Below are positions 15,433 through 32,542 of a stretch of 64,000 bases of DNA, one piece after another. Made by a program: the position numbers and the translations under genes. Below the pieces are notes generated by a model. It was given only the letters and a program-made list of their open reading frames with translations. It was not told the DNA's origin and did not search any database. Source of the stretch: the human T2T-CHM13v2.0 reference genome, Homo sapiens; the NCBI RefSeq assembly GCF_009914755.1, contig NC_060933.1. The stretch is one strand, 5' to 3'. Position 1 is the first letter of the stretch, and each line of letters opens with the position of its first letter.

Positions 15433-18400
15433 AATTGTACTTAGAAATGAGTTGGCTTCACTCATGTAGCATGTCTATGCTGCCATATGTAATTTGATTT
15501 TTTTAATTTTTTTAATTTTTCTTCTTGTTTTCCCAACCAGAGTAAAATGTCCAGATGAGTTAGTGGAAAGACTACTTCCTATAGGATAATGAGTGAGGTT
15601 ATCTGCCCTTATAAATTCCTTCCTTTATAAATAGAGATAATAATGCCTGGCTTATAGTGTTTTGATGCTTTAAGTACAAAATGGCTATAAGATGGATAGC
15701 AGCACTATATAAAGAGAATTTGTTTCTCGTATTTTAAAATATCAGCTCTCTTGGGAAAGACTCCTTCTTAAACAATGTATTTGCCAGGTCATGTCGTGTT
15801 GTGAGATGCTAAAGTAGAAGCATTGATCATTACTTTGTGGTTTTTCAATTTAGAAAATAATTCTTAAACACGCTCTTATTTATCTTTGCACTATTAATTA
15901 ACGTAACAGGAAGAACAGTTTAATGGTGAATGTGAAACCTTTATTGAGTATCTAAATTTGTCCTAGATGTTAGCTTATTGAATTTTCACCATTGCTCTAT
16001 GAGAAAAATGTGAGAAAACCGAGACTCAGAGATGTTAGGTAACTTCCACAGGACATACAGCTTTTTGTTGAGAACTGGCACTGAGTCAGAGTTTTATTTC
16101 TCTCCAGAGACCAGTTTCCACCATGTCATATTGAAGATAGGAATATTCTTTAAGATTTTTGTGCTTAAATATCTGTGTGTGTATTGTTCATGTACCATTT
16201 TACTAAAATATGCAACTGAATAGCCAACATTTTCATCATAAATATTATGATGATAAAATATTATAACTTAAAATCATAAAAGTACATATTGGAAAAGACC
16301 TTAAAATCAGCAAGCTCAACAAGTGATTCATTGCTTTTCCAGCTGGTGCTTGGACATTGCCTGCGATGTAGAACTCACTGCCTCAGGGACAAACAATTTC
16401 ATCTTTAACATTTACAGAGTATTACCACTAGACTGTCCATCAGGGATCTCAAATGTAACATGTTCAATACTTAATTCGTAAAGTTGTTTCATAATTTTGT
16501 TTCTAGTTAATTGAGGAGCTGGGCTTACCAGAAAAGAGCAGGCAGTAATGAGGATAACATTATTCCATCAATAATTAACCACAGATTATATTTTAAGCAT
16601 TCATTTTTATTTTATTACTAAGGCCAAAGAAAGAGGTCAGTAAAAATTGTTACCTTATCTCCTTGGGATTTTCCAAGATCACCTTGTTAGAGCTTAATGC
16701 TCCATTTATGTTAGAAGACAATTGCGTCAGTCAGAGTTCCAAGCAAAAAGCAGCTGGTACATTCAAAAGGGTTTGAGGCATGTTAATGAAGGGACATTTA
16801 CAAAGGTGTGGGCAGAGTTCAGGGAAATTAACAGAGTAGTTGTTCACCACTGCAAGCATTTCAAGGATATCAATGGTGGAGAACCATCAGCAGCTGTAGG
16901 CATGAGAGAGTGAGAAAGGAGCAGGTATCAGAACCCAGGGCAAGTGATGATACAAAATGACACCCCATCCCCTGCCTCCAGAAAAACTGTGGCCTTGGGA
17001 GGAGGCATGCTGCCTGGAAGCTCAACCAGGAGAACAGATACCCTGACCCCACTGTCTCCACCACCCGCAGAGCTCCTGTTGGTGGCTGAGTTCTCGCTGC
17101 TACTAATTGGAAGACAGAAGACAAGATTCCTTAGTAACACAGCCCAGGACACAGTATTACATGTCGTCCAATACATTACCTGAGTCTTTTCTCTTCCTAC
17201 TCCTCTCTGGACACTTATCCCTACCATATTCTCCCATTTCTATCTCCCAAATCAGCAACAGGAAGGCTAACTAGTTTGAAAGTAGCCTTAGATAATGAAG
17301 AGAAATAATAATCCTACAGATCTAGGAGGTTTTGCCATGTGACAATGTTAGCATGTATCTCTTGGATTGTACAAATTAATTCTAAAAGAAATTTTACGAC
17401 CTTTCTTCCATATTTTTGTATCATAATTAGCAGACCAAACTGGCTGATATGCATGTATAAATTTTATACGCATACCAATGTATATTAGAGACTATTTAGT
17501 GTTCACACATCAAATAAACTTTTTTCTTTTGCTCTGATTCCTTTCTGAGACTTATCTAACTATTCTTTGTTAAAGCCTTTATTAAGCTTTAAACACTGGT
17601 AATGTAAGTTCTAATCTCTGAATTACTAGCCTAATTGCTTTATCCCTATCCTCAATATCTTCAAAGCCTTGCCTTTTGGGAATTATGTCTTGACTAAAAG
17701 TTCTCTGAGACTAAAATTTTCTGAGCAAGCAGTCTCAGAACCAGATTTTCCAATGGGATCTGTTTACATCATTGAAGATAAGAGGTCTGATGAACAGAAT
17801 TTATATCAGATAAGCCAGGTACATTGTGAGAAAAAAGGACATCCTTTATTTTATTGTAGAACCCTTGAGATGGAGTTGACACAACTTGAAAGACAAGTTC
17901 AAATAAACTTTTGGACCCATTTTTCTTGAATGTTGATGTGACAGTCTCTTCATAGGTGTTTTGAGCTTGAGATAGCTTTTCAATTCATTTAAATCACATA
18001 TTGGTTTACCCCACTGTGCACATTACAACAGATCTGACAGTGAAACATCAGTTAAAACCGACACACCTTGGTGATAAGAATGACAGATTTTTATGCGCAT
18101 GAGCAGAATGAGGACAATGTTTTGTCTTAAAAAACAGCTAAGGCATCAGCAAGTTAGGCAGTGAGGTCTTCAGAGTTTCCTAATTCTCTAACATGTGTTT
18201 ATTTTTACCCCTTGATGTTAGCAGTGTGGCAGGTACACTGAGAAATAAGCCTTTTAAAGTCATATACTTTATTCAAGTATTTATTGAACCTCTTCTTTGA
18301 GGCAAACGTGGCAACAGAGGTGGGACATGAAATTGGAAATAAAACATCATCCCTCTCCTTAAAGAACTGGTAGTTTAGATAGGTGACAGTGTCACAACAA

Positions 18401-18619
18401 AATGAGGGGAACTTCTGGAAGCAGAATGTTGTCAGAGACTCTGTTCCAATGGCGTCTTTTTATTTGTTTAGTGCCATAGCCACTAAGCAGGCAAGGACCC
18501 ATGAGACAGTAGGTGAGAAGGTACTGGGGTTATACATGTGCCATGGGCTTAGCAAATCACGACTATTGTGACTACCAATTGGTCCTGTCTCAGAAGTAGT
18601 ATTACATGCATCTCATTCT

Positions 18620-20070
<1,451 letters not shown>

Positions 20071-20139
20071 ACTAAGGCTCTTGCTCAGTTGCTTCATTTG
20101 AAAAGCCTTGATACCATCATCACCACTATCATCTTATAT

Positions 20140-20455
20140 ACCTTCTTTGGAAAAATGTCTATTCAATTTCTTTGCCTATTTTTTAAGTGGGTTGTTTTTA
20201 TCTTTTTGTTGTTGAGTAGTAAGCATTCTTTTATATTCTGGATACTAGGCTCTTATCAGATATATGATTTGCAAGTATTGTCTCCTATTCTGTGCACTCT
20301 CTTTTCACTTTCTTGATAGTGTCCTTTGAAGCACAAAAACGTTTAATTTTGATGAAGTTCCATTTATTCCTTTTTTCTTTTGTTGCTTGTGCTTTTTGTG
20401 TCATACGTAAGAAACCATTGCCAAATACAAGATCATGAAAATTTACCCCTATGTT
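20140..20455 (-). mobile_element. Old L1 (L1M) fragment
   Basis: ttggaaaaatgtctattcaa...ttatatattctggatactag..cttatcagatatatgatttgcaa...aagaaaccattgccaaat. Confidence 0.8.
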
Positions 20456-22194
20456 TTTGATCCATAAAGTTCTTTTGACTTTTAAAATTCTATAAGATAA
20501 GTCAATACTGGTCGCCTATTACACACAAAGAACTATTGGGATTTCAGGGGAAACTGGATATTGGAGACTCAAGCATCAGAATGGATAAGGCATCATTTTA
20601 GTGTTAGAATCAGATCCCAAGATGGAAACTTCAGAAATGCCAGGATGTGCAGGATGTGATTGAGTTATATGTAGACAAAGAGATTTGGGATAGAAGTGTT
20701 TAAATATAGAGTCCAAGGTAACTTAACAGACCTCTAATTAAAACAATGAAAGCAAAATTCCGAAATACATAAAGGCAAATAATAAGCTCTGAAGAAAACT
20801 GGAAAAAGTCTGACAAATTCCAAGCCTTGCTTGAACTAAAGAACACAATGCTATTTGTGTAGAGGGAAAATGTTAACAAATGCTACATAAAGTTGTGGCC
20901 TGAATATAGAAAAAGCCATCCTAGATAGTTCAGGAAAAGGAAAAAACTTAGTTTCTAATTTAGCTCTAAGCAAGATAAGAGAAAGACTTGCCTGATACAT
21001 AGTAAATGCTAAGTAAAGAGTTTGTTGGATGTAAAATAAAATTCCTGAAAGAATAATGGAATATCCTGTGCAGAGTAAATGCTCAATCATGTATTTGTTG
21101 AATAAAAAGTAAAACTTATAGAAAATAAGTGAATTTGATGTGACCGATATAAATGCTCCTCCATTGAGAAATGACATTTCAAAGTAAATTGTTAATCAAG
21201 AATAAGTAAATAACCACATTTCATAGAGTGGCATCTCTGAAAAGAAACAAAAAGAAAAGAAGGAAGAAAGCAAGCAAGTAACTAACCTACTTGTGAGTCT
21301 ATAGGCATGATGTTAGGCCAAAAAAAAAAAAAACAACTGTCTTGTGAAAGATAAATTATTCAGACCACAGGGATATAGCCATTTACTACAGGAGGAGGAA
21401 AAAACAAAATCATAATAATAGTCTAGTGTTATTCTTATTTAAATATGTTAACTTAGAATAAACATACTATTTCCTTCTCTCTTCCCTTCTCTCCTGTCCT
21501 CTCCTACGGGCTCCTCTCCACACCTTTTCTATCTTCCTTTTGTGTTCTAAAGAATCTTTTAGCAATAACAGGACAAGGATAAAGATATGGGAGTGATATT
21601 GTTTATTACCTGTGAACAGTAGTTTATACTACTGTTAATAATCGTGTATATATACCAGGTTTCTGTTTTGTTGAATTAATTAAGGCAGAGAAGTCAAATA
21701 ATAACCCCTTAAAACATTCTGTATCACGACCTTGGTGGTGGTTTCAGTACTCCACAGATTTGTCAGAACTCATCAAATTTTACACTTAAGTATATATTAT
21801 ACCTCAATAAAGCTGACAAAAAGGAAATAGAAAGGTCAACCATAAGCAGCTTAATTGTGCAGGAAGAAGCGGCCTACTGCCCTCCAGCTGGAGAAGTTTT
21901 ACCAAGCCTAGACAGTCCTGCAGGATGGCATTTACCATGGAAAAAGTGGAGAGATGTTATTAACAAGCACATCACAGAATTCAAGTAGATTTTACAGTCT
22001 CTGATTTGGTCTTGGAAACCAAGTCATGTGCCTTAGCATAAAAATGAAAATGGCAGTAACAACCAAAATTCAAGGGATTTTGAAAATTATGAGCATAGGA
22101 TCAACATGGTGAAAGATAGAAATTTGACATTTAGCTTTCTGCTTAAAAACATTCCAGTTTTTAACAAAGATCAGTAATATAAAAATGGTAGATG

Positions 22195-22770
22195 ATACCA
22201 TCTCATACCCATTAGAATGGCTACTATCAATTAAAAAAATAAAAACCAGAAACCAGAAAATAACAAGTGCTGAAAGGATGTGGTGAAATTGGGAACCCTT
22301 GGGTGCTGGAGGTAGGAATATACAGTGGTATGGCCATTATGAAAAACAGTATGGCAGTTCCTGAAAACACTGAAAATAGAATTATGATATGATCCAAAGA
22401 TTTCGCTTCCAGGTTTATACCCAAAAGAATTGAGAGCAGGAACCAGAACAGGTATCTGTAAACCTGTGTTCATAGCAGCAGCATCATGTGCAATTGCCAA
22501 AAAATGAAAGCAACCCAAGTATTTATTAACAGATGAAGAGGTAAGCACAAGGTTGTATATACATAAAATGGAATGTTATTCAGCCTTAAAAAGGAAGAAA
22601 ATCCTGTCATATGCTACAATATGCAAGAAACTTGAGGGGATTATGCTCAGTGAAATCATCCACTCACAGAAAGACAAACACTCCATGATTCCACTTATAT
22701 GATACCTAGAGTAGTCAAAATCACAGAGATGGAAAGTGGAAAGGTGATTGCCAGGGTTGTTGTAGGGGAA
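22195..22770 (+). mobile_element. Old L1 (L1MB-like) ORF2 end / 3' UTR fragment
   Basis: cccattagaatggctactatc...ggaatgttattcagccttaaaaaggaagaaaatcctgtcatatgctacaa...tgattccacttatatga. Confidence 0.85.
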
Positions 22771-23994
22771 GGGGAGACATGGGAGGGAGAAGATTGGAAG
22801 AGACTTCTGTTTTCTCTAGAGAGGGAGGATTCAAGCAGGCGGCTTGCATGGGATTGTAGACTCAACTTTTCAATGCCTCTTCCATTCCTCCAATGATAAA
22901 AGGAGGCACTTGGTAATTAAAAGACTCCCTAGCTGTTGAACAGAAGTAACAAATAGCAACATGAGGAAAGGAACAACAAAGAAAGTGGCTGAGAAGAGCA
23001 GGAAGTTCACAAAAGCAAAGCTACAAACCATTTTATGAGTGGGAGAAGGAAATGGTGAATTCAAAAGTTGTAAAACAAAGGAGTGACAAAACATCTGAGC
23101 AAGAAAGAACAAGATATTCTACAGAAACATGCTGGGGTCTGGGGTTTTTAGCTGATGAACAGAGCTATTGACTGGCCAACATTTTATTGAAAAACACCAT
23201 GTTTTCCATAGGTATCCAACGTTTATTGCCTAAGTGTTAGTTCTGGGGATACACCCAGCAAATTATAATATTCATAAGCAGATATTTTGTAAATGGAAGT
23301 CATGGATATGCCCACAGAAACCAAAAAGCAGAAAGTCACATTGTCCAGATTAATATATTTTGAGATTCTTTTTAATGAAAATTCTTATTTATTTTGTGTC
23401 AGAAGAACACCAGGGAATAAAATTATTTTGAAAAGAGGCTAGGTGGAGTACAATTCATAGTCTTCCTCAAAATGGGGAAAAAGGTAATTGTATCCAAACA
23501 AATTTTTATATCTAGTTATTTGAGGTAGTACTTAAGTCTTTCCTAAAATGATTATTCAGGGAAAATTATTCAGTTGGGATTATCCTTACTTTCTATAACT
23601 CCTTTTTTTTTTTTCCTGGTATGTGGCTTTAAGCCAGTCCTCTGATTCTTAGAATGCTCCAAAAAAACAAAACAAAACAAAAAAAAAAAAAAAAAAAAAA
23701 AGAATTAAGGAAAAGGAAAGAAAATTCAAATAAGTCAATGGGGCTGCTTGGCAGTAGTGAACAAAAAGCATGTGATTAGGAAGGGGCTGAAATGAACTAA
23801 AAGCAAGGCAACTGCTTTTTTCAATAATACTATTTCTATCCTCCATTTCCATAGAAGAAAGCAAGCTAAAATGGTATAACAAAAATAGTGAATATTTATC
23901 AGACTAAGTGTATGATGTGCCAAGGCCAGTCCTAAGTGCTTTGTATGTACAAACTCATGTAATATTCACAGCAACCCTGTAAGGAAGATATCCG

Positions 23995-24155
23995 TAAGAG
24001 CCGATTGTTACACTTTCAGGAATTTTGTGAGCCTGTTATTGGTAGCTTGAAATCAGTCATTGTGGCAGTACTTACATCATGGAAATTAAAATATGCTACA
24101 AATCCGAGACTTTAGGGTGAGAGCCGTTTGTTAAACATCTTCCAGAACAAAACTG
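23995..24155. mobile_element. MER63-like hAT element inserted in a MIR (MIR ~23870-24310, minus strand)
   Basis: ggtagcttgaaatcag...gagagccgtttgttaaacat; flanks carry the MIR core acagatgggtaaactggggcacaga. Confidence 0.55.
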
Positions 24156-24484
24156 CTATTGCCTTCATTCACAGATGGGTAAACTGGGGCACAGAAAAAT
24201 TGAGTAATTTGCCCGTAATCATGCAACTAGTAGTTGGTGGAGTTGAAATTTTATCCTAGGCAACACCACCTGGGAGCCCAAGCTTTCAGTCATCATGTTA
24301 CACTGCTTATGATATGACTAAAATGCATTGGCTAGATTTACAAAGCCTGGGTCCCAATTTGGACTCGTCTGGTACTCACTGTTAAAGCTGTCTGTCTCAA
24401 GACATTTCATAAGAGAATGCTTCACATTTATCTCTGCTATATCATAAATAAAATATATTATGTGAAAATGCAAAATAAGCCTTG

Positions 24485-24722
24485 ATTCTTTTCATTCCTT
24501 TCTTTCCTTTTCCTTTCTTCTTCTTTCTCCTTCCCTTCCCTTCTCTTTTCTTTCCCTCCCTCCCTCTCTCCTACCCTCCCTCTTTTCTTTCCTTCTTCCC
24601 TCTTTTCTTTCCTTTTTTCTCCTTCCTTCGTTCCTTCCTTCCTCCCTCCCTCCCTCCCTCCCTTCCTCCCTCCCTCCCTCCCTTCCTCCCTCCCTTCCTC
24701 CCTTCCTCCTTTCCTTCCTTCC
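24485..24722. repeat. CT-rich polypyrimidine low-complexity tract ((CCTT)n/(CCCT)n)
   Basis: ~235 bp almost entirely C/T on the + strand. Confidence 0.95.
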
Positions 24723-27364
24723 AACACTGATTATGTCTATGGTATTGAGTAGGATGTATGTGAATCTTGCGGGACTTTTGGCAGCATTTAAGGAGGACTG
24801 GAGTGAATTTTCTCCCTAATGCTTTCTCATTATCATAGAAAGCAGAACAGCTGTGCTGACAATGGGCACCATCATCATTAATAAATATTTATTGAGCGCG
24901 CCCTTTGTCCTGAACTCTGAGGACATATTAAGGTAGAAGATAACCGTCTTGGAGCTTGTCAAGCAGAGTGTTCTCTTCTCTTTCTGCCTCTAGCTGCATC
25001 TCTACCAACAGTTGGATCTCCATCGCTCTGAGAATCATCATGGTTTCAGGTTTCACCAGGAGACTCTGGTCTCTGGGCTTCTTTAATTATCTCTTGGTTT
25101 CTCAAAGCCTAGAGGGGATGACTGACACCTTACTGTTGCTACTCAATTCTTTATTTAAGTTCTTAGCTCTTTCATCATCTATGTAACCAATTCCCTGAAT
25201 TAAATTCCTTCTGTTTTCCTGGTTGGACCCTGACTGATACAATTCACTGTATAAGTATGTGTATAACAGGTCATGATACATAATACATTTCTTACTTTGA
25301 GCAGTTAATAAAAGTTTGCACATTAGCATGCAATGGATGGTGCTGAGCCCATTTCTTTAGTTGGTCACTGACGGCTATCAGTGAGTTGCAGAACATGATC
25401 TTGGAGACATTTTTCTTCTTCTTTTAAGGAAAACTGTTATATAGTAAATGGTTTACTGACTGGGAATGTGGACACCACCATTCTAATCTTAGTGGGTGAT
25501 CTTGGGTAATCCATTCAAACATGTGTTCCAGTGTATTATGTTTACTTTATGCATGGAACCAGAGGTTCTGAGATTGATATGTATTTTTTAAACCAGTGGT
25601 TATTATAAGAACTTTCAATGGTACCATTTTAAGTAAGACTGATACATAGTCTGCAATAGCTTAAAGACCAGTGATGATAGCATTTGAAGGCTGTTTAAAA
25701 GAATAGTCATTTATTTAGAACATTAAATTATGCTTTCACTATTATTTTCCTCAATTAGTAAGTAGTTATTTATGATGTTAGCATTAGAAATAATAGCTCA
25801 ACATTCTGGTCTTAAGTTCTTGGGAACATAATTGACATTGATATGGGCCAAGAGAACTGCAGAATATTAGGTAACTGTGGCTACAGGTAATGTCAGTTGA
25901 TAAATGTCATCATAAAATCTACCCCTGATAAGTGGATATATTTTTAAAGTATTTTAATAAAATATAGGTAAAGGTGAGGTCAACCTCTTTAAGATTCAAA
26001 TATACCCTCCAACCCTAAGTCCTAAGTATTAAACAACCACCACAAAGTTGTATATTGTAATGTTTTTAATCTGATCAGAGAATTCCTTGTTTTCCCCATA
26101 TTTAAGGAAAGTCTGCTATTGAAAGGTTCCAAATAGTCTTAATAATAAAATTCCAACAGGTATCACAATGTCTCTGGTTAAGATAAGCAATTGAATATGC
26201 ACAGTTCCAGATCAAATGTGAGCTTTTCCTTTATGCCCAACACTCACTGAAGTCAGTGACTGTTCAGTTGAGTTTATCTGGAGGGGAGATAAAAGTTTCC
26301 TGCCTAGCATTAAACCTTGCCCCATGCAGAATCCAGATGCTTGCAACCCTTTCCTGAAACTTCTTATATTTGTTTTATATATTCATCACTTTCTGGCTGG
26401 TAACACCATTGAAAACTAAAATAAAGTCATACCGTTGTGGAATGTATTTTGTCCCTACCTGTGGAGAAACTAACTTTATTTTTCTCCAAAGCAGAATATT
26501 TATTTTGGGTTTTTAAAGAGTCATCTAATATAATTTCAATAGCTGTATCTGCTTTGATATATTCCTGGCTTATTTTCTACTCATCTCTTGAATTTACATA
26601 GAACTTCAAGTGTAGAAAACAGGACTGAAAAAAGACAATAGTGAATTGTGCTTTTGTGTACTGAACTTGAAGTAAGAATCTGGTGGGTGACATAACATAA
26701 GCCAAGCTGGAAAAGGGTCACACACCAACAAAAAGCAATGAATAGTAACTGAAAAGATAAGCCCAATAACAGGTGAAGGTGGTCAAAAAGTAAAATACTA
26801 TAATAAAATATCATATAACAGCATGGGAGATGAATATATGGATTTAGCTGAGGGGCTTAGAGGTAAGCTACAGTGTTACATTGGTACCGAAGCACATTAT
26901 CAATCAGAGAAGCACAGCACAGAACAAAGGGTAGCAGGTACAATGGCCAAACAAAAGTGAAAATATCTGAACAATTTACGACAGAAAATTTGAGAACCTG
27001 AATTCATGTTCTGATTCCTCATGTACAACTGCCCAAAGATGTGTCAAAACCTCAAAGATATATTGATGACAACACAAAAAATTCTTTCTAGTCTAGTCAA
27101 CAATATATAATGCAGTATTATTGAGGAAATGCTTTAGAATAAACTTATCCTCAGAAAGCCCATCTCTGGAGATAAATGGAGTCCTTCTTTGGGCAGTTAG
27201 AATGCATTTGGTTTACCTAAAGAAACACTGAATTAGGATTTTAAAGGGTAGATATGTTTGGATATACAAAATGTGCACACTTAGTTTTATAAAAGTTATG
27301 GAGAGGATTAATTTCTTACCAGAAAATTATCCTAGGTTATTGAGGCTGCTGATACCTCTGGGTC

Positions 27365-27551
27365 AATGACTCTTACCCCTTTCCGGGAAGATCCCCTTGA
27401 GAATCTGATGAAATGTACAGACTCTGTCTGCAGAAAGCATACATTAACACGATCCTAGGATTTTGAACACAGTTTCAGGGGATTCTTAGATGTTCCAAAG
27501 ATCATTTGTATTCCACCCCCATCAACCCTCCATCACGGATTAAGAACCCTG
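27365..27551. mobile_element. MER117-like hAT-Charlie element
   Basis: ccccttgagaatctgatgaaa...tttcagggga...ttaagaaccctg. Confidence 0.6.
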
Positions 27552-27697
27552 TACTGATGACAAATTTTGGGGCAGTTTTTACATGAGCAACACAGATTAC
27601 TCTTGAGTGTGGAGTTCTACCAAGCTTAGTTAAAAATTCTGACTTCATCATTTAGTCATCTCCAAGTTGTTTAATCACATACCCCTTACAGTTAAAA

Positions 27698-27700
<3 letters not shown>

Positions 27701-27731
<31 letters not shown>
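27701..27731 (+). repeat. Poly(A)31 tract
   Basis: Homopolymer run read directly. Confidence 0.95.
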
Positions 27732-27733
<2 letters not shown>

Positions 27734-27966
27734 TAGAGCATGATTTATGTATATTTACTCATAACACATGTATTCATTATTAATATATTATGTGCATTAT
27801 AAAACATACACAAAATAAAAATTGTAAAAGAATAAGATGAATAGAAAATTTTCAATTATCTTGCTAAGCATGCTATCATACAATCAATAGTATCTCAAGG
27901 AAACATACATGCTTAGAACAGAATTAATCATTTATGAAAGTTAATATAAATCCAAATTTCAAATAG

Positions 27967-28335
<369 letters not shown>

Positions 28336-28516
28336 TAGGCTGTCATTGTTTTAGTCCTCAATTTGGCTGGAAAAGAGTTCTCAGAGGTTAAACTGGCAAA
28401 TTTGATCCTGATTTTCACCTGTGCTTATATTATTGGTATTATCTCAATTTTCTATTTCCTCACAGAAATTGTTTTTTAAGCCACGTGCTCCCCAAATAAG
28501 AGAGTTGATTGATATA

Positions 28517-28859
<343 letters not shown>

Positions 28860-30189
28860 TTATTTAACGTGGAACCTGTAAAATTAAGGCAATATCAATG
28901 CTTAAAAAGATGTCAATGACAATGAAAGAACCAGAAGGTGCCAGTATCACCCCTCTGCCTGTGGCGCTTTTTGTTTTTCAGTACTCTTCAGCTACACTAC
29001 ATGACACATGACCAGTTTACTTAGGGACCATGTAAAACACTCTAGGGTCAAGGGTCAATGAGTATAATAAATATACATAAAGCTCTTTTTTGTCCTTGCA
29101 TCATTACTTTTTTCAATTATTAAAGAAAAAAGAAACAGATTTTCTTCTGTTCTTCCTATTTCACAGTAAATTGTCTTGGTCACTCCGCTTTGGAGATCCC
29201 TGCCTTAGGCAAATTACTTCCTGATTCTCAGTTTCCTCACCTGTAAAATGGAGATGAAGTCATAGATCTCGTAGGGTTAAATGGATTAAACAACATATGT
29301 ACAAGTCTCTGTACAACTTCAGGCATGTAATTTAAAAGAGAAATAAAAAGGAGCTGCAATTATAATTGTGACTACTGTATTAAACAATTGCCATGTATGC
29401 ATTCATGTTACTCCTAGCCTAATTTAAAAACAAACAAAACCTCTTGTCGGTGCTCTTTCTATGACTACAAGAGCTGTAGCTTCTCCTCATCTTCCCACAT
29501 CCCCCCTCCCCAAAACAAAACAAAACAAAACCAAACAAAAACCAAACACATTTTCCAAGCGTTTTCAAGCCTTGGCAGATACTGTAAAGATTCGGAACAC
29601 TTACTGATGTTGTTCATTAACATGATAATTACTAATAGTGAAGACCGGCTAAATTTTCTATGTCAGGTAATTTTATTATCTATCTCTCATCCTTTCCTTC
29701 AACAAAGTTTTTTTTTCTTTTCTTTTTTTTAAATACAATGTGCTAGGTATCAGGGTAATTGCTGAGGTTTCAAAGATGAATCGAAACACCCTCCAGGCAC
29801 TAACCATCTAGAGGACAACACCAAACAAATAATTGCATCAAAGTGATAAGTGCTATAATGGAGGCGCCCACCGGTTGCTATGGGAGCAGAGTAGGACAAG
29901 CAGCTTCCTCTGCCTGGGGAGAACAGGGAAGACCACTAGAAGGATTCTGGGTCATAGTTGAGTTTTGAGGATGTGGGTTGAGGATCTGCACTTCAGTCAG
30001 AGGGGAGAATGTCCAATGTGGTCACTTAGGAACCAAACGGTAGACAGGTTTTCCCTGAGCCCAGGCATTTTTGGCGGCAGGGTCAACAACGCTGGTAGGG
30101 ACCTGTCTATGCACAGCCTAGGATAACATGCCAAGAAGTTTGAAACTTACCGTAAAATGGATTGGGAATAGACAAAGGATTTTAAGCTA

Positions 30190-30696
<507 letters not shown>

Positions 30697-32530
30697 TTAC
30701 TGAAGATGAAATACTCACTGCCTAAACGGTCTTACCTGCTCGTGTTTGAAGCTAGGCAACATTTCAGGCAGCATTAACAGTTTGTCTGTTGGGACTAGAA
30801 GCTTCCTAACGTTGTGCATGGAATTTTTCTTTATGAGGGTGTTGTATCCAGATACCAAGTTTTAAACCCAGTATCTACTCTATACAGAATGTAACCAAAG
30901 CAGACTTACATAACAAGTGAATGTGGCCATACAGACATGAAAAAGTGACTTCTATCTTTTGATACCAAACTAGAAAGAGAAAAGCAAGTTCAGAGAACAC
31001 ATTATGACTCATCAAAGTCCAAAAAGAAAAGCTGCGTGTGAACGTAGCACCCTGTGCAGCCTCCTGGAGTCCTTTTACCCTCCAACCACATTTGCTTTTG
31101 TATGATTTTCTGCAAAACAAAACAAAAAAAACCCATCATTTTCCTCCTTAACTTCAATTGTTAAATTTCGTTTTACCTCAGAGGTGAAACTCATGCTATA
31201 TGTTCTACAATCTTCTTTTTGTACCAAGTGAATGACGCTGCCTTTTCATTTCTCCTGTGTTGAGGCCTTATTTTATAAAATTCGTAACTGCTAGGGTACA
31301 AACTACAAACAAGACGAATTTTTAGAGGAACAACTTGAAGGGTGATGGGGGAAGGTGGTGCTTTCTTAGACCAATGCGAAGGGAGAGGGAGATGCAATAT
31401 CTATATTTAATCTCTGTTCCCAACGATGTATTTTAATTCCCATAGCTGTGTGTATACAATGCGTGGATACCAACGCCTCCAAGGACAACATCAAAATTTT
31501 ATATGAGCTGAAGAATATACACATATAACAAAGGGAATGTTTTCTTCTTTACTTTCCCTGTGACAAAATGCCAGAAGGAATGGACAGTTTCTTTCTCCAG
31601 GGACTTACTAATTGATTTGTTTTTGTTTTTGTTTTTTTGAGGATTTGCATGGCAAGTGGAAGTAGAATCTTAAGGGGATAAAGGGCATTTATTCACAAGG
31701 GAATAAAAGTGAAGTTATCAATTTCTGAAAATTGGCATGTGAGGCCGGCATGCCAGAGAAACAAATTAGACCCCAAAAAAATTAAAACCTAATACTCTCA
31801 ATGTAATAAGCATTGCTATTAGGTTAAATCTCTTTATTAGAGACAGGTAGGTTATCTGGCTATATTATTAGTTGCGACTTATTAGGCAGTTAGAAGTTAG
31901 TATTTATGTTACACTTTTACTATACTACTAGTCTTGTTTAAAATTTCTCCCTATATATTTCTCAGTTAATAGTTATACCGGCATATCCTCAGGCAGAAAA
32001 ACAAGTTCTTACAATGGATCCTTCAGGGCACACTATATTCTATTTCTCTTAGCTGTGTTATCTTTCGTTGTCTTGAGGTTCACTTCAAGACAGACAGAAA
32101 ATGATGAAGCTAAAGTTAACAAGCAAGTAGCAAGACCTTAGAAAGCTATAGGGTGGGTGATCACCAACACTCCCAGCCATCATGAAAATGCTGCCCTAGT
32201 GGGCTCTGCTTCAGCCAGCAGTGGACCAGTGATATAAAGAATTCTTGCTTCTTAATGACTACATGGCAGTATTTGGCGTTCTTTCCATTACTTCTTGTCT
32301 TCAACTTATCCAGCCTGAAGTTTTAAGCATCCTAGAACTGCATTTCAGACCCAGTTGCTCAAATGGAGTCAATTTTGCAACAGTAAAATGGTCTTAAAAT
32401 AGGATTTTACTCTAGGGGGAAGAATCCTCAACCAGATAGTCACAGTGCACTTTGAATGACTAATTTAAGCCAGTACATTACGAAATAAGGGATAAATCAT
32501 ACTTTTCATAACACTACTGCATAGGAACAG

Positions 32531-32542
32531 TTTTAATTTTAA
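32531..32542 (+). promoter_or_regulatory. SMARCA2: (TTTTAA)2 at the position of the BRM -1321 promoter indel
   Basis: Tandem TTTTAA ~1.33 kb upstream of exon 1; unit and distance match the described polymorphism as I recall it. Confidence 0.75.

Noticed and set aside
16233-16253. 9-bp AT-rich inverted repeat TCATCATAA-ata-TTATGATGA
   Set aside because: Short and AT-rich; plausible by chance in 64 kb.
16723-17227. Cluster of short overlapping ORFs
   Set aside because: Sequence resembles an old LTR remnant; no splice or homology support, and the family could not be assigned confidently.
24458-24730. Glu/Gly/Arg/Lys-rich and Phe/Pro/Leu-rich ORFs
   Set aside because: Translations of a CT-rich simple repeat.
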